Counted from the first letter of the stretch, positions 51,759 through 62,248 are shown. The stretch is 64,000 nucleotides of DNA from Desulfatiglandales bacterium (GCA_963667015.2 CAXXJJ010000001.1:2720001-2784000); one strand, 5' to 3'. The notes: generated from the letters alone by a model not told the origin. Numbers and translations: made by a program.

Positions 51759-52898
51759 ATGCGGATAAGATTTTTCACTACTGCTATTATCTTATTTATA
51801 TTTTTCATATTTTCAGCCTGCCAGAATCAGGACTCGAAGGAATCAACCCAGAACCAGAAAGTTGCGGAACCAGGGGTGCTGAAAACTGCTGATAGCGAAG
51901 GGCTGAAGAGCTTTGTGGATAAATACATGGATGCAATGCTTGCAAATGATCCGTCCGAAACTCTTTTTTCAAAGGATTGTATTTTCACCGAGAACGGCGT
52001 ACGCCTGCCCATTGGTGATGAGGGACTCTGGTCCAGCATGGTGGAGAAGGGCTCATATAAATTCTATGTCCCGGATGTTGAAACCCAGCAGATCGGATTC
52101 TTCGGTACAGCCCGGCAGGAAGCCCAGAATGAAGGCGATGATCCCACTCCTGTTGCAATTGCTCTGAGACTGAAGATTGAAAACGGCCTGATATCCGAGG
52201 CAGAACAACTGGTTGTAAGGCCGGAAAGCAACCTGCTTAATCCTGACATTGAACCGGGTCCTTCTGCAGCAGAAAAAATCGAAAAAATGGGCGAAGAACT
52301 GGGAAATCCTCATCCGGTTTTCACAGAGATTATCCCTGAGAATGAGCGTCCGTCAAGGGAAGAAATGATAAAGACTGCAAACTACTATTTTTCAGGAATG
52401 CAGAAAAACGATGGAAAGGGTGTGGATGGCACAGGCACCTACCCATTTACCGATGACTGCGACCGTTACGAAAACGGAGGACGGTCCACAAATGTTCCCC
52501 TGGCACCCGGTCAGGAAATGCCTGATCCACTTAAAGAGACAGTTTATTCCTCCCACTGGGGATGTAAACAGCAGTTTGAGTCAGGCCTAATATATTTTGT
52601 GTCCCGTATCCGTGACCGCCGTTTTGTGGCTGTTGACCGTGAACATGGAATAGTATTTGCCTTTGGTTTCTTTGATCATTCAGCCGGAAAGTCACGCTAT
52701 TATACCACACCCGATGGCCGTGAGGCTATTGAAGGTCCTTCTGAGCCATGGACATGGCAGATTGCTGAACTTTTTAAGGTGGAAAAGGGTAAAATCCGTA
52801 GAATAGAAGCCATTCTGCAACGCTGCCCCTATGGTATGAACTCGGGGTGGAGCTCTTACGAAGACGGAATGTCGGATAGAATACAGATAATAAAGTAG
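51759..52898 (+). CDS. Uncharacterised lipoprotein (paralog of next gene)
   Basis: AGGAG RBS, ATG 51759, lipobox FSAC; shares FTENG..GDEGLW, RIRDRRF and AELFKVE.GKIRRIEA with 53010-54116. Confidence 0.75.
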   Translation: MRIRFFTTAIILFIFFIFSACQNQDSKESTQNQKVAEPGVLKTADSEGLKSFVDKYMDAMLANDPSETLFSKDCIFTENGVRLPIGDEGLWSSMVEKGSYKFYVPDVETQQIGFFGTARQEAQNEGDDPTPVAIALRLKIENGLISEAEQLVVRPESNLLNPDIEPGPSAAEKIEKMGEELGNPHPVFTEIIPENERPSREEMIKTANYYFSGMQKNDGKGVDGTGTYPFTDDCDRYENGGRSTNVPLAPGQEMPDPLKETVYSSHWGCKQQFESGLIYFVSRIRDRRFVAVDREHGIVFAFGFFDHSAGKSRYYTTPDGREAIEGPSEPWTWQIAELFKVEKGKIRRIEAILQRCPYGMNSGWSSYEDGMSDRIQIIK

Positions 52899-52924
52899 CT
52901 AGGTTTTTAAATTGATTGTGAATT

Positions 52925-52948
52925 GTAGGGGCACGACGCATCGTGCCC
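52925..52948. repeat. GTAG-type REP hairpin
   Basis: GTAGGGGCACGA-CGCA-TCGTGCCC. Confidence 0.6.
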
Positions 52949-53009
52949 TTCAATCGATGCATGACACAATGGCAGTCAAGCAACCATGTATTAAAAAAGG
53001 AGATAAAAA

Positions 53010-54116
53010 ATGCGTAGCAGGGTAACAATATCAATCCTTATTTTATCTTTGTTTTTCATATCAGCAATATCCCATGCTCAGGAAACGGGTGTTGTTCAAT
53101 CCTGTGACAGCGAGTGTTTAAAAGGTTATGTTGACAGGTATATGGATGCCATGCTTGACAATAATCCTTCAGAAAAGCTTTTTACTAAGGATTGCAGGTT
53201 TACGGAAAATGGTATACGCCTTGAATTGGGAGATGAAGGCCTCTGGGCCAGCATGGTAGGAAAGGGATCCTATAAGTTCTATGTCCCTGATGTTGAAGTG
53301 CAGCAGATAGGATACTTTGGAACGGCAAGAGAAGAGCCTCAGAAGGCAGGGGACACTCCACGTCCTGTGGCAATTGCATTACGGCTAAAGATTGAAAACG
53401 GCCTGATTTCCGAAGCGGAGCAGCTTGTTGTAAGGCCGGAAACTAATATCCTGACTCCTGCAAAAGGAGATGCCCCTCCGTCGACTGCCGAAAATATTGA
53501 AAAAATGGGTAAAGAACTGGGAAATCCTCATCCGGTTTTCACAGAGATCATCCCTGAGAATGAGCGTCCGTCGCGGGAAGAAATGATAAAGACTGCCAAT
53601 TACTATTTTTCAGGGATGCAGAGAAATGACGGCAAAGGAATAGACGGCACAGGTTCCTACCCGTTTACTGATGACTGCGAACGGTACGAGGTAGGAATAA
53701 GGTCCACCAATGTTCCTCTTGCCCCGGGACAGAAAATGCCGGACCCCAAAAAGGAAAATGTTTATTCCTCTCACTGGAGCTGCAGTCAGCAGTTTGAGTC
53801 AGGTCTGATACATTTTGTATCAAGGATAAGGGACCGCCGGTTTGTGGCAGTGGATCGTGAACATGGTGTAGTGTTTGCCTTCTGTTTCTTTGATCATATG
53901 GCAGGGGAATCCCGCCGTTTTACAACTCCTGACGGACGCAATGTGGTTTCAGGTCCGGCAGAACCATGGACCTGGCAGGTTGCGGAATTATTCAAGGTGG
54001 AAAATGGTAAAATCCGTCGCATTGAAGCTGTTGATCTCAGGTGCCCCTATGGCATGAATTCCGGCTGGAGCACATATGAAGATGGACTTTCAGATAAAAT
54101 ACAGATTATTAAATAA
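53010..54116 (+). CDS. Uncharacterised secreted protein (paralog of previous gene)
   Basis: Signal peptide ending ISHA, CDSEC near the N-terminus, long identical blocks with 51759-52898. Confidence 0.75.
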   Translation: MRSRVTISILILSLFFISAISHAQETGVVQSCDSECLKGYVDRYMDAMLDNNPSEKLFTKDCRFTENGIRLELGDEGLWASMVGKGSYKFYVPDVEVQQIGYFGTAREEPQKAGDTPRPVAIALRLKIENGLISEAEQLVVRPETNILTPAKGDAPPSTAENIEKMGKELGNPHPVFTEIIPENERPSREEMIKTANYYFSGMQRNDGKGIDGTGSYPFTDDCERYEVGIRSTNVPLAPGQKMPDPKKENVYSSHWSCSQQFESGLIHFVSRIRDRRFVAVDREHGVVFAFCFFDHMAGESRRFTTPDGRNVVSGPAEPWTWQVAELFKVENGKIRRIEAVDLRCPYGMNSGWSTYEDGLSDKIQIIK

Positions 54117-54133
54117 TAAACCGGGAGCGCCAT

Positions 54134-54979
54134 GTGAAAAGATACCTTTTAAAATTTAGCTTTGTTATGTGTATATGCCTGGTTTGTTCATTGTCAGCAT
54201 CTGCTGAATCAGATTTTAAGGTCCAGAAGACTATTGAAATGGAGGGAGAACCCCTGGATATCGCAGTATCCGAGAGAAGCTATACAACGTATGTGTTGAC
54301 AGCCGATGGAATTGTATATGTTTATGATTTTGCCGGTGTTCTTAAAGGACAGGTAGAAGTCGGAAAACATATTGATGGTATTGCTCCGGGTAAAAGTGAA
54401 GACAGTATATTTATTAAAAGCAGTAAAGAAAAGACCGTCCAGAGAATACAGATCGAGTTTGTGTATGAGATTAATACCGAAGGATCTCCCTATAAAGGAC
54501 GTGATGATGCGCCAATAGTGATTACGGTTTTTACTGACTACCAGTGACCGGCCTGCGGAAGGCTTTCGCCTAAACTTGATCAGGTGATTAAGAATAATAA
54601 GGACAAAGTAAAAATAGTATATAAGAATTATCCCCTGAGCATGCATAAGTATGCCAGGAAAGCTGCCGCTGCTGCCCTTACTGCCCATTCAATGGGTAAA
54701 TTCCGGGAGTTTCATGAAGCACTTTATGCAAATTCAAAACAGCTTGATGACAAAAAAGTGCGTGAGATCGCAAAGAGTCTTGGTCTGAATCCTGATGAAT
54801 TTATAAAGGAAATGGAATCCGAAAAAATCCAGAATGAAATCAATCAGGATATGAAAGATGGAAAAAAAGCAGGTCTGAGAGAGACACCGTCAGTTTATAT
54901 AAATGGAAGATTGCTTAATAACACTACTCCTGAAGGCTTTCAGGGTATGATTAATGCTCAGTTAAAAAAGTTGAAGTAA
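54134..54979 (+). CDS. Exported DsbA/thioredoxin-fold selenoprotein (UPAC, Sec138), 281 aa
   Basis: ORFs 54134-54547 and 54584-54979 are in frame across UGA 54545-54547: G.DDAPIVITVFTDYQ-U-PAC; later KNYPL.MH and TPSVYING. Confidence 0.88.
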
Positions 54980-55146
54980 TTTATATAAAATTCGAAATCA
55001 ATGTTAAGGATAAGGCATTCCCTGCCTCCATGTTCGAATTCAAAATACGGGTTAAAAGGAGTTGCAATATTTTACAGCTATAAATTTAAATCAAGCAGCA
55101 TACATCATCTGATTTCTAAACTATTTACAGAGAGGTATCACGTGAT

Positions 55147-56490
55147 ATGAATAATTCAACTTCGAGTAGCACTACGGTTATGAACAGAAATTCGGGTTAT
55201 CCATCAACAGCCTACGCCTGGTATGTAGTGATGGTATTGTATCTCATCTACGCCCTGTCATTCATTGATAGAGGTATAATTGATTTTCTGGTCGATGCCA
55301 TCCGGGCTGATCTGGGCATTAATGATTTTTACTTCAGTCTGCTTAAAGGCCTGTCATTTATAGCATTATATACTGTCATGGGAATACCCCTGGGCAGGCT
55401 TGCAGATTCACGTTCAAGACGAAATCAACTTGCTGTCGGTATTGCCCTGTGGTGCGCCATGACAGTCCTTTGTGGTAAGGCTAATAGTTTTTTTGGATTA
55501 TTTTTGGCAAGAATGGGTGTTGGTATTGGAGAAGCATGTCTTGTACCCTGTGCATACTCCCTCATTTCAGATTATTTTTCCCGTGAAAAGCGCAGCCTGC
55601 CATTAACTGTTTTTTCAAGCGGTATCATGTTTGGCACTTTTGCGGCCAGTATAGTCGGTGGATTTGTTTCCCAGTATACCTTTGATGCCGGCCCTATGAC
55701 AATACCGATAATGGGCTATGTTAAACCGTGGCAACTGTCTTTTATTATTGTTGGACTACCCGGAATACTGTTTGCACTATTAATGATGAGTATAAAAGAA
55801 CCGACCCGAAAAGAAAAAAAGGGACAGGCAGATTTTAAGACAACAATACAATATATGCTTAAAAACTGGAAGACCTATGGGGCAATAATAGGTGGGACAA
55901 CCTTTGGTGCCATGACAAATGGAGCTATACTTGGATGGTTGATCCCATGGTTTTCAAGACGTTATCTCTGGAATAATATCCAGATAGGGTCTTATCTTGG
56001 TGTCTGTACCCTTGTTTTTGGATCATTAGGAAACTTTTCTTCAGGCGCTCTTGCAAACCGGTATATCGGTAAAGGGAGAAAAGCAGTTTATATAAAGTTG
56101 ATGATGGCCGCAGAAGCTATTGTTATTATTCCCATTCTTCTTGCCCATGCAGTTGATAACCCATACTGGGTAATTTGCTGTGTAGGTGGAGTTATTTTCT
56201 TTGGTGGTGTTTCATCAGGTCTTGGCCCTGCATCGTTACAAACCATTACGCCTAATGAAATGCGTGGACAGGTTACTGCAATATGTTTTCTTATAATAGG
56301 ACTTGTTGCAGCTAATGTCGGTATATCGGCAGTTGGCTGGCTTACATCTTATGTGTTTGTTGATGATTTGATGGTTCGAACATCTGCAGTTATTGTGGGT
56401 CTACTCGCCTCAGTTCTCGGAGTCCTTACCCTGAAGATGGGTTTGAGAGCTTACGAACATACAGCAGGAGAGAACGGTCAGTCTAAATAG
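55147..56490 (+). CDS. MFS transporter (Spinster-like)
   Basis: SFIDR, GRLADSRSRR, RMGVGIGEA, SLISDYF; about 12 TMs. Confidence 0.88.
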   Translation: MNNSTSSSTTVMNRNSGYPSTAYAWYVVMVLYLIYALSFIDRGIIDFLVDAIRADLGINDFYFSLLKGLSFIALYTVMGIPLGRLADSRSRRNQLAVGIALWCAMTVLCGKANSFFGLFLARMGVGIGEACLVPCAYSLISDYFSREKRSLPLTVFSSGIMFGTFAASIVGGFVSQYTFDAGPMTIPIMGYVKPWQLSFIIVGLPGILFALLMMSIKEPTRKEKKGQADFKTTIQYMLKNWKTYGAIIGGTTFGAMTNGAILGWLIPWFSRRYLWNNIQIGSYLGVCTLVFGSLGNFSSGALANRYIGKGRKAVYIKLMMAAEAIVIIPILLAHAVDNPYWVICCVGGVIFFGGVSSGLGPASLQTITPNEMRGQVTAICFLIIGLVAANVGISAVGWLTSYVFVDDLMVRTSAVIVGLLASVLGVLTLKMGLRAYEHTAGENGQSK

Positions 56491-56821
56491 GCATGATGAA
56501 TTTTCAGAAGGATTGCCGTCGTTTTATGGGAGGTGTTTCTGTTGACGGCAATCCCCCTGATTTAAAAAGAATGCTATATGAGAGTTAATAAATGCAGAAC
56601 CTACAGCCTGCATGACATATATTGTTCCTGCAAGTTGACCCCCGCAAATATTACAGGTGCTGAGGATTATCAGATCACTTATCTTATTAAGGAATATTTT
56701 TGCTATATCTTTCATTTATTTGGTTCCGGCATTATAACAATGTGACCTTATATATTCAGTTCGTGTGACCTCTTTTTTGTCCGGCAGTTATACTTCCTTT
56801 TTTATGTTACTCTCACCTTAA

Positions 56822-56837
56822 AGCAATGAGCATGCCA
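56822..56837 (-). promoter_or_regulatory. Sigma-54 promoter-like site with no clear target CDS
   Basis: Minus strand TGGCATGCTCATTGCT (GG-N10-GC). Confidence 0.55.
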
Positions 56838-57092
56838 GAAATAATTGGATAAAGATAATACGTAAAAACAGGAGGTTAACAGGTTTTAAATGAATTGTGA
56901 GTTCATAATTGTGTATAGATTTTATAGATAGGTGTGCACAAAAGTATAGCCTTGACTTAAGAGTAATGCCTTTAAATGATTTTACTCGACACGAAACATA
57001 TGATCACCTATACTACATATCAAGTATATGTAAATAAATTTTTAATTTGGCATTTAATCAGAAATATTAAAGTTCATAAAGGAGGCAGTCTT

Positions 57093-58823
57093 TTGAAAAA
57101 GATATTTTTTGGAATTATTATGACGTCTCTTTTGCTTTTGGTGACAACCTTTACAGGTGTTTTAATGGCAAAAGAATCAAAGGTTACAGTATATAACCCT
57201 CTCGGGCAACCCCCGGCGATAAAGCGGGTTCCCATGGCCCCACGGGTCGATAATCTTGAAGGAAAGACCATATACATTGTAGATATCGGGTTTTCAGGTA
57301 CCCATCAGTTTCTGACAGAACTTCAGGATATTTTAAAGGCCAGGTATCCCAAGACCAAATGGGTCCTGCGGGATAAAGTAGGGACATATTTTAATGATGA
57401 TCCGAAACTGTGGACAGAGATAAAGGAAAAGGGTGATGCCATGATCATGGGAGTAGGGCACTGAAGCACCTGTGCGCCGTCGGTCGCCGGCCACTGCTGG
57501 ACAGTTGAAAAAGATTACGGAGTTCCCACTGCACCTATAGTTACTATCAAATTCGAGAATCTGGTTAAAACCTATTCATATAAAAAAGGTATGCCCAATC
57601 ATCGTTTTACCTTTGTCCCTCACCCGATAGCAGGGACTACTGCTGAAACCTGCAGAAAGTATCTCGAGGGTAATGACCCTGTTACAGGGGAGCCTGTACT
57701 CAAGGAAATCATTGATGCAATCACTGTTCCCCTGAGCAAGGAAGACAGGGAAACAGGCTCCATTGAAAGACCCACTCCGCTCATGGTAGAGCCTGATACT
57801 GAAGAGAACCTGCACAACCTGTTTCTGGAAAAAGGCTGGACAGACGGACTTCCTATTGTTCTTCCAACCAAAGAAAGAGTCGCTGCTATGCTTGAAGGGA
57901 CAAGCCATGCTCCGGATGAAACAGTAGGTAAAATGCAGCCGTCTTCTCCCCATGAACTGTGGAGTTATACTGTGGAAAAGGTTGCTGTTAATGCAGTAAT
58001 GGCAGGAGCAAAACCTGAGCATTTTCCGGTAATACTGGCCCTTGCATCCACCGGGATGACCTCCCTTTCTACCTCTACGACATCCTTTGCAACCATGGTA
58101 GTTGTGAATGGTCCTGTACGTAATGAGATTAATATGAATTCTGGAATCGGTGCAATGGGACCTTTCAACCAGGCCAATTCCGTAATAGGGCGTGCATGGA
58201 CCCTGATGTCCATAAACCTGAGCGCCTCCGGAAAGGCCGGAGAGACCTATATGGGCAGCCAGGGAAATAACCTTAATTACAACAATCTCTGCTTTGCTGA
58301 AAATGAAGAGGAACTTCCGGAAGGCTGGAAACCTTTTCATGTACAACAGGGATTTAAACCTGAAGAAAGTGCAGTGAGTGTATTTTTAGGCTGGGGAATT
58401 ACACATCCTGATCAGAGCTTTGAAAAGGCCTTCCATCCTCAGATTCCATTCTGGCTGAAATTTGTCAGCCCGTTTTCGTCTGTAAGCCTTTTTCTGGATC
58501 CTAATATTACCCATAAACTAAGAGATGATGAGGGCTTTGTTTCCAAGGAACAGCTGATTGAGTGGATTTATAAGAATACAAAGGTCAAGGTCAGGGACTG
58601 GAAAGATGACTTTTATGCTGTCCAGAATTTTATTATTCCAATGGGTGAGATGGGGCAGGAACCAATTGCCTCATGGCTGAAGCTTCCGGATGATGCAGAT
58701 ATTCCGCAATTTATAAGCCCATCCAATATTACAGTTCTATCTGTTGGCGGAGGAACCAACATGTTCTGGCAGGCAGGAGATTTTGCCTATACACGGAGCG
58801 CGTCTGTGGATGAGTGGAGATAG
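57093..58823 (+). CDS. Exported UGSC-type selenoprotein (USTC, Sec124) fused to its large partner domain, 576 aa
   Basis: GGAGG RBS, TTG 57093, signal peptide; ORFs in frame across UGA 57462-57464 (AMIMGVGH-U-STCAP); downstream GWTDGLPIVLPT and TVEKVAVNAVMAG. Confidence 0.82.
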
Positions 58824-58855
58824 AATAATAATTCTCCTGATAATAGCTTAAAACC

Positions 58856-58886
58856 AAGAGGGCGTCCTTCAAAGACGCCCTCTTTT
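58856..58886. terminator. Terminator between convergent genes, probably bidirectional
   Basis: AAGAGGGCGTC-CTTCAAA-GACGCCCTCTT-TT. Confidence 0.75.
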
Positions 58887-58951
58887 GTTAACATATACTG
58901 CCTTTTTATTTGCTGCCATCAAAAAATCAAAAGATAGTTTTTGGATAGATA

Positions 58952-59608
58952 TTAGTTGATTTTAAATCCAATTGGCATCACAGCAATACATCTTACGTTC
59001 TTTTTTCCTATTTTAGCGGGTATGAATTTATATTTAACTATTGCTGCAAGAGCAGCTTCCTCAAACACACCTTTGGGCTCAGCCCGGGCTACTTCCGGGT
59101 TCTGTACTTCGCCGTTTTCATCTACAATAAAACGCAGAACAACCCTGCCTTCAATACCATTGATTGTTGCCTGGTGAGGGTACACAGGGGTAACAGGCCT
59201 TATAACGCGAGGCCTCTGATCAACCTGTTCCGGGGTGAAATGTTCAGGGATAAAAGGAACCTGGACACTGATCCCTGGTTTAATTTTTGTTATTTTTATC
59301 TCTCCCGGACCGGGTATTCTTCCCTGCTGAATTGGTGCAATAGTCCTGGGCGGATCTGCACTTACATGGGTATGATCTTTTTTGGTATAGGTTGCTGGTT
59401 CGCTGATAATAGTTTCCGTTTCCTCAATCTCGACAGGTTCCGGAGTTTGAGGGTAGGGTATAAAAACTGGCTTGGGGGTTAAATCTATCTTTCTGGGAAT
59501 GTAAATTTTAGACAGGTTGTAATTAAATATGAGAAGCAATCCTGTTGCAATTACTGCTACTAAACCGCTGACTGGAAAGTTAATGCCCGGATTTCTTAAT
59601 GTTTCCAT
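58952..59608 (-). CDS. TonB-family energy transducer
   Basis: N-terminal TM, Pro-rich linker, PVYP..A...GIEGRVVLRFIVDENG, FEEAAL.A. Confidence 0.85.
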   Translation of the reverse strand: METLRNPGINFPVSGLVAVIATGLLLIFNYNLSKIYIPRKIDLTPKPVFIPYPQTPEPVEIEETETIISEPATYTKKDHTHVSADPPRTIAPIQQGRIPGPGEIKITKIKPGISVQVPFIPEHFTPEQVDQRPRVIRPVTPVYPHQATINGIEGRVVLRFIVDENGEVQNPEVARAEPKGVFEEAALAAIVKYKFIPAKIGKKNVRCIAVMPIGFKIN

Positions 59609-59739
59609 GATTACTCTCCTTTCACTTGATGTTTAACTGCTTTTAATTGTCTGCTTCTCCTCCGTGTGTAGTATTTGTAACTCTTGACTACAATTGTACT
59701 TAATAAAAATATTCGAGTCAATAGTTAAAAATAAGTATA

Positions 59740-59778
59740 TTGACAGGGAATATATACAACAATATTATGTCCCGCCAG
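59740..59778 (+). promoter_or_regulatory. Sigma-70 promoter with motif shared with 62103-62141
   Basis: TTGACA-17 nt-TATTAT; CAACAATATTATGTCCCGCCAG. Confidence 0.65.
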
Positions 59779-59858
59779 ATACGGGTAGTTCTTTATAATC
59801 AATAATTTAAAGTAAGATATTTATTCGGTATTATTTCCTGTTTACATGAGGTTACCAG

Positions 59859-61868
59859 ATGAAATTGAATAAGAATGTTTTTTTGAGTATTGTATTTCTA
59901 TCTTTATTGTTTTGTCTTTCCGGCGCTTCGGCTACTCCCAAAAAAGCATTTAATAAATCAGATATTAAAGATATCGAAAAAATCAGAACTCAGATTTTAT
60001 ATAAATTACCGGGCCTGAAAGAGAAGATTAAACAGGATAAAGTCAGGCAGCAATCAGAAAGCACCATTTATGAAAATAAAAAGAAATTGAGACTTGATGC
60101 AGCCAGTCTTAAAAAACAATTTAAAAGGGATACGAAAAATATAAAGTTAATTATCAATACATCCAAAGATATTAATGGGTTGTCGGATAAGTTGAAAACT
60201 TTTGGAGTTAGGACAATTAAATCTTGGGATAATATGGCCGCTGTTGAGGTCCCTGCAGAAAATCTTGAAAAAATGTTTAATGAAATTGAATCCATCAAAA
60301 CTGCAAGACTACCGCGCAGGGTTTTTCCTCAGGACGTTCAAAGTGAAGGAGTTGCTGTCACAGATTCAAATGATTTTCACAATATTGACTATTTTGGTGA
60401 AGGTGTAAAGGTTGCTGTCATAGATGTCGGTTTTAAGGGGTTGACGGAGGCCCAGCTGAATGGCGATCTTCCCGGAAGTGTAGAAACATGGGATTTTACT
60501 GGGAACGGACTTGAAACAGAATATTATCATGGTACTGCCTGTGCCGAGATAATATATGATATGGCCCCTCAGGCCGAGTTCCATCTTTTAAAGGTTTTGT
60601 ACTCGACGGATATCCTTCAGGCACTTGAATACTGCATTGATAATTCCATTGATATTATATCCTTCTCGATCGGAACAAGCGGAACCGGCCCCGGAGACGG
60701 AACCGGGCCCTTTGATGAGGCCTTTGATGAAGTCAGGGAACACGGCATTCTGACCGTGGCATCGGCCGGGAATGGAGGAAATTTTACTTCTCTTGATGGT
60801 GTTACCATAGGGGCACACTGGAAAGGTGTATTCAGGGATAGTAATAACGATAATTGCCATGAATTTCTTGATGGAAATACCGAGGTAGATATTAATATTT
60901 TTGGGGCATATGCCACAACAAATGATGACGGTGACCCGGAGGATGGTGAGGTCAGTGTTTTATTAAGATGGAACGACTGGATTAAAGCGGACATAGACTA
61001 TGATATGATCCTGTTTGAATATGACCCCGAGACAGGAGATGTTGAGGAAATCGCTTCATCAACATATGTACAGGATGGTTCACCCTACGAACCTGTTGAA
61101 TATATATCTCTGGATATCTCTGACAACGAGCCCGATCCCCCCTGGCATTATTATGCAGTCGCTATCGTAAAGGAAGCCGGATCAGATAATGTAGAGATGG
61201 AACTGTCCCTTGGCATGACAAGTGTATTTCTGCCCTTTGATGCTAATTCAGATCCAATCGCTACGTCATCAAGCTCTCTTAATGAACCCGCCGATGCGGA
61301 AAGTGTACTGGCTGTGGGTGCAATAGATTATGAGCGCTGGACCACAGGACCACAGGAAGGTTTCAGTTCCCAGGGGCCAACCAACGCGTGGGCAGGCAGT
61401 ATCGCCAGGAGAAAGCCTGATGTCATGGGGCCTGATGGTATCAGTACCTATACCTATGGCAGTTCGTCATCCGGTGACGGGTTTTATGGGACTTCTGCTG
61501 CTACACCTCATGTTGCCGGATTAGCCGCGCTGATACTTTCAAAGTATCCCGGAATGACCCCGGATGAACTGCAGGACGCCATTGAGTCAAATGCCATAGA
61601 TATGGGCACATACGGAAAAGATAATATCTACGGTTGGGGTAGAATCCAGGCAATCACCGATCTGTCTGATGACACAGATGACGATGATGACGATGGCAGC
61701 AGTGGAGGAGGTGGCGGTGGAGGATGTTTTGTTAATACAGCGGGTCTTGATTCTTTTGCAGGATCTTATATCGTTTTATTTCTTGTTGCCGTAATGTCGG
61801 TCTTTATTGTTATAAAAGCTTATGCCAGATTGAAAAAATCTGAATTTTACGCCAGAAATAGAGAATAA
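59859..61868 (+). CDS. Secreted S8 subtilase with C-terminal Gly-rich/Cys + TM tail
   Basis: Signal peptide; triad VIDVGF, HGTAC, GTSAATP; tail SSGGGGGGCFVNT + hydrophobic helix + basic residues. Confidence 0.88.
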   Translation: MKLNKNVFLSIVFLSLLFCLSGASATPKKAFNKSDIKDIEKIRTQILYKLPGLKEKIKQDKVRQQSESTIYENKKKLRLDAASLKKQFKRDTKNIKLIINTSKDINGLSDKLKTFGVRTIKSWDNMAAVEVPAENLEKMFNEIESIKTARLPRRVFPQDVQSEGVAVTDSNDFHNIDYFGEGVKVAVIDVGFKGLTEAQLNGDLPGSVETWDFTGNGLETEYYHGTACAEIIYDMAPQAEFHLLKVLYSTDILQALEYCIDNSIDIISFSIGTSGTGPGDGTGPFDEAFDEVREHGILTVASAGNGGNFTSLDGVTIGAHWKGVFRDSNNDNCHEFLDGNTEVDINIFGAYATTNDDGDPEDGEVSVLLRWNDWIKADIDYDMILFEYDPETGDVEEIASSTYVQDGSPYEPVEYISLDISDNEPDPPWHYYAVAIVKEAGSDNVEMELSLGMTSVFLPFDANSDPIATSSSSLNEPADAESVLAVGAIDYERWTTGPQEGFSSQGPTNAWAGSIARRKPDVMGPDGISTYTYGSSSSGDGFYGTSAATPHVAGLAALILSKYPGMTPDELQDAIESNAIDMGTYGKDNIYGWGRIQAITDLSDDTDDDDDDGSSGGGGGGGCFVNTAGLDSFAGSYIVLFLVAVMSVFIVIKAYARLKKSEFYARNRE

Positions 61869-62102
61869 ATCCAAATCAGTTAAAAACTGAAGATATTTCA
61901 GCTTTTGCTTTATTATTCAGATGTCAGTGCGAGATCGTTAGGGCGGGCGGGGAATAAAATAGTATAATTCATATGGCGTGAACCCGCCTGATAACCTGAC
62001 GCCTTTTATTGAGTAATAATTTCGGATTTCCAGCTTTATTACTACATATAATGTGATCCTGTGTAATAATACATCATTTAATACATCATGGAAGATCATA
62101 TC

Positions 62103-62141
62103 TTGACAAAGACCCCAACCAACAATATTATGTGCCGCCAG
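62103..62141 (+). promoter_or_regulatory. Sigma-70 promoter with motif shared with 59740-59778
   Basis: TTGACA-17 nt-TATTAT; CAACAATATTATGTGCCGCCAG. Confidence 0.65.
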
Positions 62142-62248
62142 TAGCTCTTTAAAAATCATTAAAAAATTTTTCAGCCCCCCTTAAAGGGACTTCTTATCAA
62201 CCATTTTCGGCAGTTATTCAGCTTGAATAACATACTTAAGGAGGTCCA

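Noticed and set aside
57576..58346. 256-aa antisense ORF and the many other shadow ORFs in the track
   Set aside because: Overlap well-supported genes on the opposite strand or frame and show no motifs.
58952..59608. TonB gene without exbBD or a receptor nearby
   Set aside because: Orphan tonB paralogs are common; not unusual on its own.
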